32,000 bases of DNA from Vulcanisaeta distributa DSM 14429 (GTDB lineage: Archaea; Thermoproteota; Thermoprotei; Thermoproteales; Thermocladiaceae): contig NC_014537.1 of the NCBI RefSeq assembly GCF_000148385.1, positions 900,001-932,000 on the forward strand, written 5' to 3'. A program made the position numbers and the translations under genes. Below are positions 1 through 8,108 of the stretch, one piece after another (within the stretch, counting starts at the first letter, position 1; every line of letters starts with the position of its first letter). The notes below the pieces were generated by a model, which did not search any database, was not told the origin of the DNA, and saw nothing but the letters and a program-made list of their open reading frames with translations.

Positions 1-78
1 CCTTCCTAGCCCACCTCCTGTTTCCATCTGGTATAACGCCAATGTGTATTGGCAATGCACCTTGCATTCTATTTGCAT
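1..78 (-). CDS. 5' end (26 codons) of an unidentified gene that runs off the left edge of the window
   Basis: The minus-strand ATG at 76-78 stays open to position 1 ([26 protein letters not shown]...). A TTTAAAA-type TATA-like element lies on the minus strand at ~99-105, about 24 nt upstream. The fragment is too short to assign a family, and it is absent from the ORF track because it is truncated. Confidence 0.3.
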   Translation of the reverse strand, partial: MQIECKVHCQYTLALYQMETGGGLGR

Positions 79-187
79 TCTTGAGGTATATTTCCCTCTT
101 TTAAAGTTATGCACTGCCTAATTTACGGTCTTAATTACTGAGTAACACATTTAATTTAAAGAGTTAAGTCCCGAGAATGATCGCATA

Positions 188-1351
188 ATGAGGGTATTAA
201 TACTCGGTATCGATGGGTATTTAGGCTGGGCCTTGGCATTAAGGCTCATCAGGAGAGGTCATGAGGTTATCGGCATCGATAATTTCTACACTAGAAAGGC
301 CGTAAATGAGGTTGGCTCCGACTCAGCATTACCCATACTCTCAATGCGGGATAGGATTAGGGCAGTTGAGGAGATCTTTGGTGCTAGGATTGAGTTTATC
401 GAGGGCGATGTCACGAATTATGACCTAGTAAGGAGGGTTATTGAGAGGTATAGACCTGACACAATTGTTCACTTCGCTGAACAGAGGTCGGCTCCGTATT
501 CAATGATTGATGTTGAGCATGCTAAGTACACGATAATCAATAACCTAACATCAACACTAAACGTGATATACGCCATTAGGGAGGTTAGGAGGGATATCCA
601 CATACTTAAGATGGGCACGCTGGGTGAGTACGGCTACCCAGCATTTAAGATACCGGAGGATGCCTTTATTGATGCCGTTATCCAGGGGGTTAGGGATAGG
701 ATTGTCGTGCCCAGGTGGGCTGGTTCCTGGTACCACTGGAGTAAGGTGTTTGATTCATACATGCTCCTATACGCGAATAAACTGTGGGGCTTGACAATAA
801 CTGATTTTCACCAGGGACCGGTTTATGGGACTAGGACCACGGACATAATCTCCGAGGAGTTATTCACTAGGTTTGATGTTGATGATGTGTGGGGCACTGT
901 GATAAATAGGTTCTGTGCTGAGGCTGTGGTTAACCATCCATTGACTATATACGGAAGCGGCCTACAGAAGAAGGGGTTCACGTCGCTTGAGGATACAATA
1001 ACGGCATTAGCAGCGTTGATAGAGAATCCGCCGGAGCCTGGTGAGTTTAGGACGGTACATCACTATAGGGAAATAAAGACTCTAAATGAGATGGCCGAGT
1101 TGGTTAGGAAGGCGGCCAAGCAGGTGCTTGGTTATGAACCAGAGATAGAGCATTTACCAAACCCAAGGGTTGAGCCGGAGGAGGACCTGCTCTATGAGCC
1201 TGAGAAGAAGGTGCTACCTAAGTTAGGTATTTACAGGCTTACTAGGGTTATGGAGGATGAGATCGTCACAATACTCAAGGACCTTAAGCCATACGCTGAC
1301 AGGATTAGGAAGATTGAGGCCTTGTTTAAGCCTAGGGTGAGGTGGAGATGA
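188..1351 (+). CDS. agl3: UDP-sulfoquinovose synthase-like NAD-dependent sugar epimerase/dehydratase (SQD1/Agl3 family)
   Basis: 387-aa ORF with a Rossmann N-terminus 'ILGIDGYLGWALALRL'. It has blocks I recognise from plant SQD1 / Sulfolobus Agl3: 'VHFAEQRSAPYSMID', 'NNLTSTLNVIYAIRE', 'KMGTLGEYG', 'WYHWSKVFDS'. A TATA-like TTTAAAG sits at ~155-161, about 30 nt upstream of the ATG. Confidence 0.75.
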   Translation: MRVLILGIDGYLGWALALRLIRRGHEVIGIDNFYTRKAVNEVGSDSALPILSMRDRIRAVEEIFGARIEFIEGDVTNYDLVRRVIERYRPDTIVHFAEQRSAPYSMIDVEHAKYTIINNLTSTLNVIYAIREVRRDIHILKMGTLGEYGYPAFKIPEDAFIDAVIQGVRDRIVVPRWAGSWYHWSKVFDSYMLLYANKLWGLTITDFHQGPVYGTRTTDIISEELFTRFDVDDVWGTVINRFCAEAVVNHPLTIYGSGLQKKGFTSLEDTITALAALIENPPEPGEFRTVHHYREIKTLNEMAELVRKAAKQVLGYEPEIEHLPNPRVEPEEDLLYEPEKKVLPKLGIYRLTRVMEDEIVTILKDLKPYADRIRKIEALFKPRVRWR

Positions 1352-1401
1352 TCATTGCTTAATCACCTAAATAAATTAATATTAGTTATTTTTGCCGTAG
1401 A

Positions 1402-3270
1402 TTGATGAGATTATTATTCATACATGCAGAGGATTTCTCATACCAGGTTAGGGATAAGGCTGTTGAAAACCCAGAACCACTAACGCCAGAGCTTGAGAAG
1501 GGCTCCGCAAGGAATGCGCTCGTGGTATTCATGAGCGTTGAGGAAAACGATACTGAGGACCCTAATTACGTGGATTACGTGGCCGACGAGATACTGGACG
1601 TACTTAATAAGGTTAAGGCATCACAAATAGTTCTCTACCCATACGCACACCTAAGTCCCAACCTAGCCAAGCCAGGTAAGGCATTGAGCGTATTGCTAGC
1701 GGTTTACAATAGGTTGAGGGAGAAGTCACCTGTCCCTGTGTCAAGGGCGCCCTTTGGTTATTACAAGGCATTTGACATTAAGTGCTATGGACATCCTCTA
1801 TCGGAATTAAGTAAATCCCTTAGCCCAAACATGGTTAGTGCCCAGGCAGTGCAGCAGCAAGTGGTTAGTAGGGACTACTACGTAATATTAACGCCGAGTG
1901 GTGAGGAGTACGATGCAACGAAGTACCCATTTAAGCCAGGCGAGGATGACCTAAAGGCATTGGTTGAGAAGGAGGTCTTGAAGAGGGAGCTTGAGGGTGG
2001 CAAGGAACCTAGGTATATTGATTACTGCCGTAAATTTGGCTTTGAATGGGAGCCCATGAGTGACGTGGGCCACATGAGGTATGGACCGGCAGCCACACTG
2101 ATGATGGAGCTCGTTGAGGATTATGCATGGAGGTTAGCCAATGAGCTTGGCATACCAGTGTTTAAGATCAGGGGTACTAACATGTTTAGGCGTGGTGAGA
2201 GGGCTATTGATGAGCATGCCAGGTTATTCAATGAGAGAATGTACACGATCGAGGGTGATAAGGACGAATTAATAATGAGATATGCCGCCTGCTTCCAGCA
2301 ATTTGCAATGATTAGGGATTGGGTGCTGAGTTATAGGGACATACCAATTGGAATGCTTGAGGTGGCTGATAGTTATAGGTATGAGCAACCCGGCGAGACA
2401 GTGCTATGCTTTAGGCTCAGGAGGTTCTATATGCCAGACCTCCACATATTCACGAGAGACCTTAAGAACGCCATGGAGGTCGCCCTAAAACTACACGAGG
2501 TGATATTCAGGGAAATTAGGAAGTTGGGTAGGGATTACGTGAGTCTGTATAACGTCACTAAGCAGTTCTACGATGAGCACAGGGACTACTTAATCGAGTT
2601 GGCTAAGCGTGAGGGTAAGCCAATTCTCGTTAGGGTAATGCCGGAGCAGAAGTACTACTGGGTTCTTAATGTGGAGTTTCACATAGTTGATGAGTTGAGA
2701 AGGCCGAGGGAGATAGCCACGTTCCAGTTCGATGTTGGTAATGCCCAGAGGTTCGGCATTAAGTATAGGGATGAGAATGGTGAGGTTAAGTACCCAGTAA
2801 TTATACATACAGCAATAATAGGTAGCGTTGAGAGGTACATATACGCACTTCTCGACACAGCAGCAATTGCGGAGTCCAGAGGTGAGGTTCCGAGATTACC
2901 AACATGGGTCTCGCCAGTACAGGTTAGGGTGATACCAATTAGTAAGGAGCACCTGGCCTTCGCGAATGACATTGCCTCGAAACTCGAGGATAGGATGATT
3001 AGGGTTGACATTGATGATAGGTTTGACGAGACGTTGGCTAAAAGGGTTAGGGACGCGGAGACCTTCTGGGTTCCCTACATCGTGGTGGTTGGTGATAGGG
3101 AGGTTAAGACCGGCAAGTTAAGCGTTAGGGTCAGGGGTACTCAAAAGCCCATTGATATGGGCGTTGATGAGCTTATTAGTAGGGTTGAGGAGGAGATTAA
3201 GGGTTACCCGAGGAGGCCGTTCACAATGCCCAAGTACCTAAGCATGAGACCTGCAAGCATAATAACTTAA
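1402..3270 (+). CDS. thrS: Threonyl-tRNA synthetase, full-length archaeal type (N-terminal DTD-like editing domain, class II catalytic core, anticodon-binding domain)
   Basis: 622-aa ORF. The N-terminus 'MRLLFIHAEDFSYQVRDKAVENPEP...LYPYAHLS...APFGYYKAFDIKCYGHPLSEL' matches the archaea-specific ThrRS editing domain as I remember it from Pyrococcus. The class II core and a C-terminal 'PVQVRVIPIS' anticodon-binding-type segment follow. The track start at 1402 is TTG; the adjacent ATG at 1405 is the more likely start. Confidence 0.93.
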   Translation: MMRLLFIHAEDFSYQVRDKAVENPEPLTPELEKGSARNALVVFMSVEENDTEDPNYVDYVADEILDVLNKVKASQIVLYPYAHLSPNLAKPGKALSVLLAVYNRLREKSPVPVSRAPFGYYKAFDIKCYGHPLSELSKSLSPNMVSAQAVQQQVVSRDYYVILTPSGEEYDATKYPFKPGEDDLKALVEKEVLKRELEGGKEPRYIDYCRKFGFEWEPMSDVGHMRYGPAATLMMELVEDYAWRLANELGIPVFKIRGTNMFRRGERAIDEHARLFNERMYTIEGDKDELIMRYAACFQQFAMIRDWVLSYRDIPIGMLEVADSYRYEQPGETVLCFRLRRFYMPDLHIFTRDLKNAMEVALKLHEVIFREIRKLGRDYVSLYNVTKQFYDEHRDYLIELAKREGKPILVRVMPEQKYYWVLNVEFHIVDELRRPREIATFQFDVGNAQRFGIKYRDENGEVKYPVIIHTAIIGSVERYIYALLDTAAIAESRGEVPRLPTWVSPVQVRVIPISKEHLAFANDIASKLEDRMIRVDIDDRFDETLAKRVRDAETFWVPYIVVVGDREVKTGKLSVRVRGTQKPIDMGVDELISRVEEEIKGYPRRPFTMPKYLSMRPASIIT

Positions 3271-3328
3271 TACTCAGTACTCTTCCCAATCATCACTCAT
3301 CAGGCAGCAGCCCTGTTCTTCACCGATT
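3270..3328 (-). ncRNA. C/D box sRNA (2'-O-methylation guide), double-guide architecture
   Basis: The minus strand reads GGUGAAGA(C, one mismatch; 3317-3323)-13 nt 'ACAGGGCUGCUGC'-CUGA(D'; 3300-3303)-UGA-GUGAUGA(C'; 3290-3296)-12 nt 'UUGGGAAGAGUA'-CUGA(D; 3274-3277). Box order and the 12-13 nt / 3 nt spacings are canonical for archaeal C/D sRNAs. It lies in the 3' region of the minus-strand gene 3389-4054 and abuts the thrS stop codon. Confidence 0.6.
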
Positions 3329-3388
3329 TTAATTATGAGAAAAGGGAAAAATTAAAATTTAATTTTGAAATAGAATTGCTATTAATCA

Positions 3389-4054
3389 TTAGCCTGATAC
3401 GCCGTACCAAGGAGCCCACTTAGACCAAATTAATGTGTGTTCAAATGTGGCACTTATGCCTATGAAGAATGCCAAGATGCCAGATAGTATTAACAGGATC
3501 ATGACGATGACGCCCACGTACCTACCAACATTACCCCTTGGCAGCATGGCGCCTGGGCTAATGAGCATGGCAAGCCCAAGCAATATGTACATGGCACTCG
3601 CAAATAAGGGCTCTGCGGTTAACCCATGCACCAAAATATCAACACCATAAACAATAACTGGTATGCTAAACAACACTATGGGTAATGCCAGGTACCTCAG
3701 GTCCGCGCCTATGTACATGGCTAAGCCAAGCATTAATGATACTAGGCCAAATATCGGCCATGCATCTGAAAAGATTATATTATATGGGCCTGGGAGTGGC
3801 CAAGTCATTGTAGCCCAAAGACCAGTGATCAGTGCGTAAATACCAACACTAATGAAGAATAGGCTTAAGCACCTATTCACATTAAAGCAAACAGTAACTT
3901 CCTGCGTCCTCTCCACAGTTTCAGCCCTAGCCCCATCAGTAGCTATCCTAGGTTTTCTAACAAAGTTCATGAAGACTCCATATGCAGCAGTTATTAGTGT
4001 TATTCCAAGTGTCATTAGCCAGATGTCCAGCGTATCCATAAAGAGACCGGCCAT
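3389..4054 (-). CDS. Integral membrane protein, about 6 hydrophobic helices, unknown function
   Basis: 221-aa ORF dominated by hydrophobic stretches of about 20 aa (e.g. 'IWLMTLGITLITAAYGVFMNF', 'VGVIVMILLILSGILAFFIGI'). A TATA-like palindrome lies about 26-42 nt upstream. No family recognised with confidence. Confidence 0.7.
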   Translation of the reverse strand: MAGLFMDTLDIWLMTLGITLITAAYGVFMNFVRKPRIATDGARAETVERTQEVTVCFNVNRCLSLFFISVGIYALITGLWATMTWPLPGPYNIIFSDAWPIFGLVSLMLGLAMYIGADLRYLALPIVLFSIPVIVYGVDILVHGLTAEPLFASAMYILLGLAMLISPGAMLPRGNVGRYVGVIVMILLILSGILAFFIGISATFEHTLIWSKWAPWYGVSG

Positions 4055-4079
4055 TACCTATCACCAAGTGCACTCATTT

Positions 4080-4096
4080 GTTTATAATTTATAAAC
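4080..4096. promoter_or_regulatory. Perfect 8+1+8 palindrome GTTTATAA-T-TTATAAAC; TATA-box-like element upstream of the minus-strand start at 4054
   Basis: Read directly from the sequence. It sits 26-42 nt upstream of the ATG at 4054 (minus strand), inside a 216-bp very A/T-rich divergent intergenic region (4055-4270). Confidence 0.4.
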
Positions 4097-4270
4097 TAGT
4101 GAATAAATGCATTTAATGCACTTATTTTATGATTAAAAAATTCATCATTTTATATTGTATTAAATAGTATATAAATAAATGTTTATGAACATAAAACTAT
4201 TCATATATATTCTTATTTATTCCTAACTTATGAAAAATTGATTTAAAATCCCAGGACCAAGTTACTCATA

Positions 4271-5464
4271 GTGGTTAGGTTTAGTGAATTACTACCTGAA
4301 TTCTGGAGGGAGTTTAGGTTTTGGCGTAATGTGAGTAATGAACTTAATGGTTCATCACCGCCTGGGAACTTCATTGGTTCTATGAATTATCCCTACATTA
4401 ATGTTGGTGCATTAATTAATGATGGTAGTATTGATGCGTCGATACTTGATAACCCAGAGGAGTGGTTTAGGCGTGGCTTTACCCAGTGGGATATTGTCAA
4501 GCTGAGGTCTAGAATAATACTTAGTAGGACGAAGACCTCGGTTAAGTCATTTAGTAATTCTATAATTGATAGGATTCAGGAGTTGAGTATTGGGCGTAAT
4601 CCGGTTAATGTTGAGGTTAGGTTGAGGAAGTTGGTGCTTAGGGCGTTGGCTGATGATTACCACGCACCACTTGGTAATATTGGTGAGTTGAGGGATTTGA
4701 GAATAACATCTAATGTCAGTGCTGAGGGCATAATTGAGAGGTTAGTGAATGATTATGATGTGGATGCCAGGACGGCGGTGATTGAGTTATACCGTGGCTC
4801 AATACCTATATCCCGCATACAACGCATCTTCGCGGTTGGGTTGTTGGGTGATAGGAGGTTTAGGAGGTTAGTTCCAACCAGGTGGTCCATAACGGCGGTC
4901 GACTCAATAATTGGTGAATATCTTAGGGACAGGGTTGTCGATTATAATGAGGTTGGGCAAGTCGAGGTTCATGAAATGGAGTACATGGGGAATAGGTACT
5001 TCGTAATACTCATACCTGGTCCGTGGAGGTATGAGCTTATTGAGCTGAAGATGCCAGGGTCAGTGTGGAATAGGGATAGTCATTCGCCTAGGGTGTACGT
5101 AGATTATGAGGGGGTTAGAGGCATGAAGGGGTATGCGGAGAGTACGGGTGGTGCGTTCTATGCAATTAGGCTTGGCGTACTGGAGTACCTTAATAGGATT
5201 GGTAGGCAAGCATCCGTGATAGCGGTTAGGGAAGTAACCCCAGAGTATAGGGTCCCGGTCGGTATTTGGCAGGCCCGTGAGGCTGTTAGGAATGGCATGG
5301 GGATTAATACGAAGAGGTTCTCGGATATCAACGAAGCGATTAATTACGTGAATTCCTCATTATCAACAGGGGATTTATGGCTTGTCCATAGCCACCTCAT
5401 TAGGGAGTTCAGGAGTGACCTGACTAGGTTCCTACTTAATGATCGAGAGAACCATACCTATTAG
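4271..5464 (+). CDS. Nre-family protein (archaeal DUF650/DUF651-type putative DNA repair protein), lacking an N-terminal zinc-ribbon
   Basis: 397-aa ORF with a GTG start. Segments 'SSPPGNFIGSMNYPYINVGAL' and 'LVPTRWSITAVDS' resemble the conserved Nre N- and C-terminal blocks as I remember them. An in-frame stop at 4244-4246 prevents any N-terminal extension. The C-terminal 'SDLTRFLL' is weakly PIP-box-like. Confidence 0.55.
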   Translation: MVRFSELLPEFWREFRFWRNVSNELNGSSPPGNFIGSMNYPYINVGALINDGSIDASILDNPEEWFRRGFTQWDIVKLRSRIILSRTKTSVKSFSNSIIDRIQELSIGRNPVNVEVRLRKLVLRALADDYHAPLGNIGELRDLRITSNVSAEGIIERLVNDYDVDARTAVIELYRGSIPISRIQRIFAVGLLGDRRFRRLVPTRWSITAVDSIIGEYLRDRVVDYNEVGQVEVHEMEYMGNRYFVILIPGPWRYELIELKMPGSVWNRDSHSPRVYVDYEGVRGMKGYAESTGGAFYAIRLGVLEYLNRIGRQASVIAVREVTPEYRVPVGIWQAREAVRNGMGINTKRFSDINEAINYVNSSLSTGDLWLVHSHLIREFRSDLTRFLLNDRENHTY

Positions 5465-6295
5465 CAGAAATACCGTCAGTACCGGCGAGCTTGCCTTAAA
5501 CATCTGCCAGAAAACCTCCCTGCTAGGCTTAATCATGGCCTTAACACTGTAATAACTGCTCCAGGCCGCTGTAATGAGTAGTATTATCAACCCAATGAGG
5601 TTCCTGAGGAATAGTATGTAGAGGAATAGCATGTATATGTTTGAGATTACGTTAAGTAATGCAACCATGATCATGGCCCTATCCTCGCTCATCTCCAGGG
5701 GTAGCATCTTGATGCAGGTCCTCGAGTAATCATCCTTAGCCCTAATAACTAAGCTCCAAATGTGTGCGGGTATCCACAAGTATATGGCCATAGATAATAA
5801 AATAGCCTCAAGATCTAGTGGTTTCGCCACAGTCCACCCAGTCAGTAACGCTGCATTACCAGCCACACCACCAATTAGTATGTTGCTCCAGCTCCTACAT
5901 TTTAGGAAAACCGTATAGACTATTGCGTATAAAAACCAGCCGAGCACCACGAAGATCGTGGGTATAGTGCCAAGCCATAGGTATGATAGGGCAAAGCCAA
6001 GGATTGATAAAACCAGGGACTCGATCAACGCATTACCTGGACTCACCCGACCAGCTGGTATCGGCCTATTCCTAGTCCTAATCATCTGTGCATCAATATC
6101 TCTCTCGTAGTACATATTAAATGCTGCGGAACCGCCAGTACTTAGAAGCCCAACGAGTGTTAGCTCAACTACGTAAGCTATGTTGACCCTCGGTGACGCG
6201 GCAAATACGTAACCAGCCACTGCGGCGAGTACGAGTAGCCAAATGACTCTCGGCTTCATTAATAGTACGTAGTCCTTAATTGCCACATTTGACAT
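5432..6295 (-). CDS. ctaB: Protoheme IX farnesyltransferase (heme O synthase), UbiA family
   Basis: 287-aa polytopic membrane ORF with the UbiA-type motif 'NMYYERDIDAQMIRTRNRPIPAGRVSP' and N-terminal 'LMKPRVIWLLVLAAVAGY', typical of CtaB/CyoE. Its 3' end overlaps the convergent Nre gene by 33 nt. Confidence 0.88.
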   Translation of the reverse strand: MSNVAIKDYVLLMKPRVIWLLVLAAVAGYVFAASPRVNIAYVVELTLVGLLSTGGSAAFNMYYERDIDAQMIRTRNRPIPAGRVSPGNALIESLVLSILGFALSYLWLGTIPTIFVVLGWFLYAIVYTVFLKCRSWSNILIGGVAGNAALLTGWTVAKPLDLEAILLSMAIYLWIPAHIWSLVIRAKDDYSRTCIKMLPLEMSEDRAMIMVALLNVISNIYMLFLYILFLRNLIGLIILLITAAWSSYYSVKAMIKPSREVFWQMFKASSPVLTVFLLIGMVLSIIK

Positions 6296-6437
6296 TGATT
6301 AATTATTGCATTAAAAACTTTATTTCAAAATCCACGTTAAGTAATTAGTGAATCCCTGTTCAATTAATTTAACATGAGTTATGCAACCCCTTATTTTATT
6401 TAATAACAATAAAGCCTAGGCAATACCCATTAATGAT

Positions 6438-8042
6438 GTGAAGGTTGGTGTTGTGATTAAGGCGCAGAGCCCCAGGGCATTCTGGTTTAGGGTATTTGAT
6501 AATGTTGAGGATAGGATAAACGTTGGTACATTCGTAACCCTGGACAATTATGAAAGTAGGGTCAATGGCCCAATACTTGCAAGGGTGACTAGGGTTATTA
6601 GGCATAATTACCTGGTGGATGATAGGGTCATCGCCCAGCTGGGAAGTGAGGACGTTATAAACACCTTCAGGGACTATGGGATAGACATTCAATATATTGC
6701 CCAATCAACGCTGGCCAGGGCATCAATCATCGGTTACAGAGTCGGTACACGATTCTCTAAACCGCTTAAGCCTCCAAAGCCCATGGACTTCGTATACCTA
6801 CCAACAGAGGGTGAATTGAGTAAGTTACTTAGGCTCGATAATGGTGGTGTTAGGCTTGTCATTGGTAGTGTTAGGTCACTATCAATACCTGCTGAGCTAG
6901 ACGCCAATAAGTTAGTGTCTCATCACTGTGCAATACTGGCTGCCACAGGTGGTGGTAAGTCCTGGCTCGCCGGTGTTATTGTTGAAGAATTAGTATTGAG
7001 GGCAGAAATACCGATAATAATCATTGATCCCCACGGCGAATACTCAGCAATGCAGGTTCCTAAATCCTCAGTTGATGATGCTAAGTATGTGGCTAGTCTA
7101 GTTAAGGTATACGTACCCGGCAAGGTCGATACCACGAGCTTAGATGATTACTTCAAGGCTCGGTTCAGTGTTAAGAGGAAGTATGTGAGGTTTGGCATCA
7201 ACCCAAGGTCATTATCACTGAGACTCATGGAGGGACTACTCGACCATTATTACGGACTTACTGACGCCCAGAGGAGGATTCTTGAGGAGGCCTGGCAATA
7301 CATGGGTATGGATAACGAATTAACGGGCCTAGACGAGTTCCTCAATGACCTGGAGAAGAGCGGTGGTAGGGTTGTTAAGGGCTATGGTAACGAGCTAGCC
7401 CTATCCACGTTATTGACTAAGGTTAAGATGCTCATTGAGAACAGGCCGTTTTTCATAACAAGGCCTGGTGAGTTTTACGGTAATGAACCGATAAGGCTCC
7501 TGGACATTAAGGATCTAATGGAGTATGGAATCCACGTACTGGATCTTAGCGGCTTAGACTTAGTAGATCAACAGGCACTTGTTGCACTGATACTAAATAA
7601 TATATTCAGGATATCCTCAATGAGGAGGGATAGGCTGGTCTTCATAGTTGTTGAGGAGGCTCATAATTATGCGCCATCGGTTGGTTCATCATTAAGTACG
7701 TCAGCACTAATAAAGATTGCCAGGGAAGGCCGTAAATTCGGTGTTGGGCTATGCATAATTAGCCAAAGACCGTCCAAGGTGCACCCAGACGTTTTGAGTC
7801 AATGCTTAACCCAGGTCTTTAAGAGGATAATAAACCCGGTCGATCTTAGGTATGTGAGGAATGTGGTTGAGTTCATATCTGATGAGGATTTATGGGAGGT
7901 GAGGGTTCTTAATGAGGATGATGCCTTAGTGACAGGGTTGGCTGTTCCAATGCCATTACCTGTTAAGGTTAGGGATAGATTGACGGAGCATGGGGGTGTG
8001 ACGCCAGCGCTTATACCGAGGGGTAATATCACTAGGGTGTAA
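6438..8042 (+). CDS. HerA-family (FtsK/HerA superfamily, DUF87-type) hexameric translocase ATPase paralogue
   Basis: 534-aa ORF with a GTG start. It has an N-terminal HAS-barrel-like segment ('VGVVIKAQSPRAFWFRVFDN...GTFVTLDN...ILARVTRV'), Walker A 'AILAATGGGKSW' and Walker B 'LVFIVVEEAHNYAP'. The later 'GRKFGVGLCIISQRPSKV' is typical of HerA/DUF87 ATPases. Confidence 0.85.
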   Translation: MKVGVVIKAQSPRAFWFRVFDNVEDRINVGTFVTLDNYESRVNGPILARVTRVIRHNYLVDDRVIAQLGSEDVINTFRDYGIDIQYIAQSTLARASIIGYRVGTRFSKPLKPPKPMDFVYLPTEGELSKLLRLDNGGVRLVIGSVRSLSIPAELDANKLVSHHCAILAATGGGKSWLAGVIVEELVLRAEIPIIIIDPHGEYSAMQVPKSSVDDAKYVASLVKVYVPGKVDTTSLDDYFKARFSVKRKYVRFGINPRSLSLRLMEGLLDHYYGLTDAQRRILEEAWQYMGMDNELTGLDEFLNDLEKSGGRVVKGYGNELALSTLLTKVKMLIENRPFFITRPGEFYGNEPIRLLDIKDLMEYGIHVLDLSGLDLVDQQALVALILNNIFRISSMRRDRLVFIVVEEAHNYAPSVGSSLSTSALIKIAREGRKFGVGLCIISQRPSKVHPDVLSQCLTQVFKRIINPVDLRYVRNVVEFISDEDLWEVRVLNEDDALVTGLAVPMPLPVKVRDRLTEHGGVTPALIPRGNITRV

Positions 8043-8108
8043 TTTAAGTATAATTTGAGTATAATAGGGTCAGGTAAAACTTTTATTGTACTCTCGTGAA
8101 CGATTACT

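Noticed and set aside
1340-1420. C/D box-like strings after the agl3-like stop ('AGAUGAUCA'...'CUAA') and at the thrS start ('UUGAUGA')
   Set aside because: The boxes are degenerate, no CUGA lies at the required 12-nt spacing, and no C'/D' pair is present. They overlap start/stop codon contexts that explain the UGA/AUG strings.
2590-4094. Track ORFs 2590-2808(-), 2679-3011(-), 3435-3650(+) and 3852-4094(+)
   Set aside because: They lie entirely antisense within thrS or the membrane-protein gene. Their translations are low-complexity (Ser/Leu/Pro/Thr-rich), which is typical of shadow frames, and the partner-strand genes have clear family signatures.
4055-4270. Replication origin (oriC) in the long A/T-rich spacer
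   Set aside because: No ORB or mini-ORB-like repeated elements (G-string plus dyad) are present, and there is no adjacent orc1/cdc6 or whiP gene. The palindromes are simple TATA-like A/T sequence.
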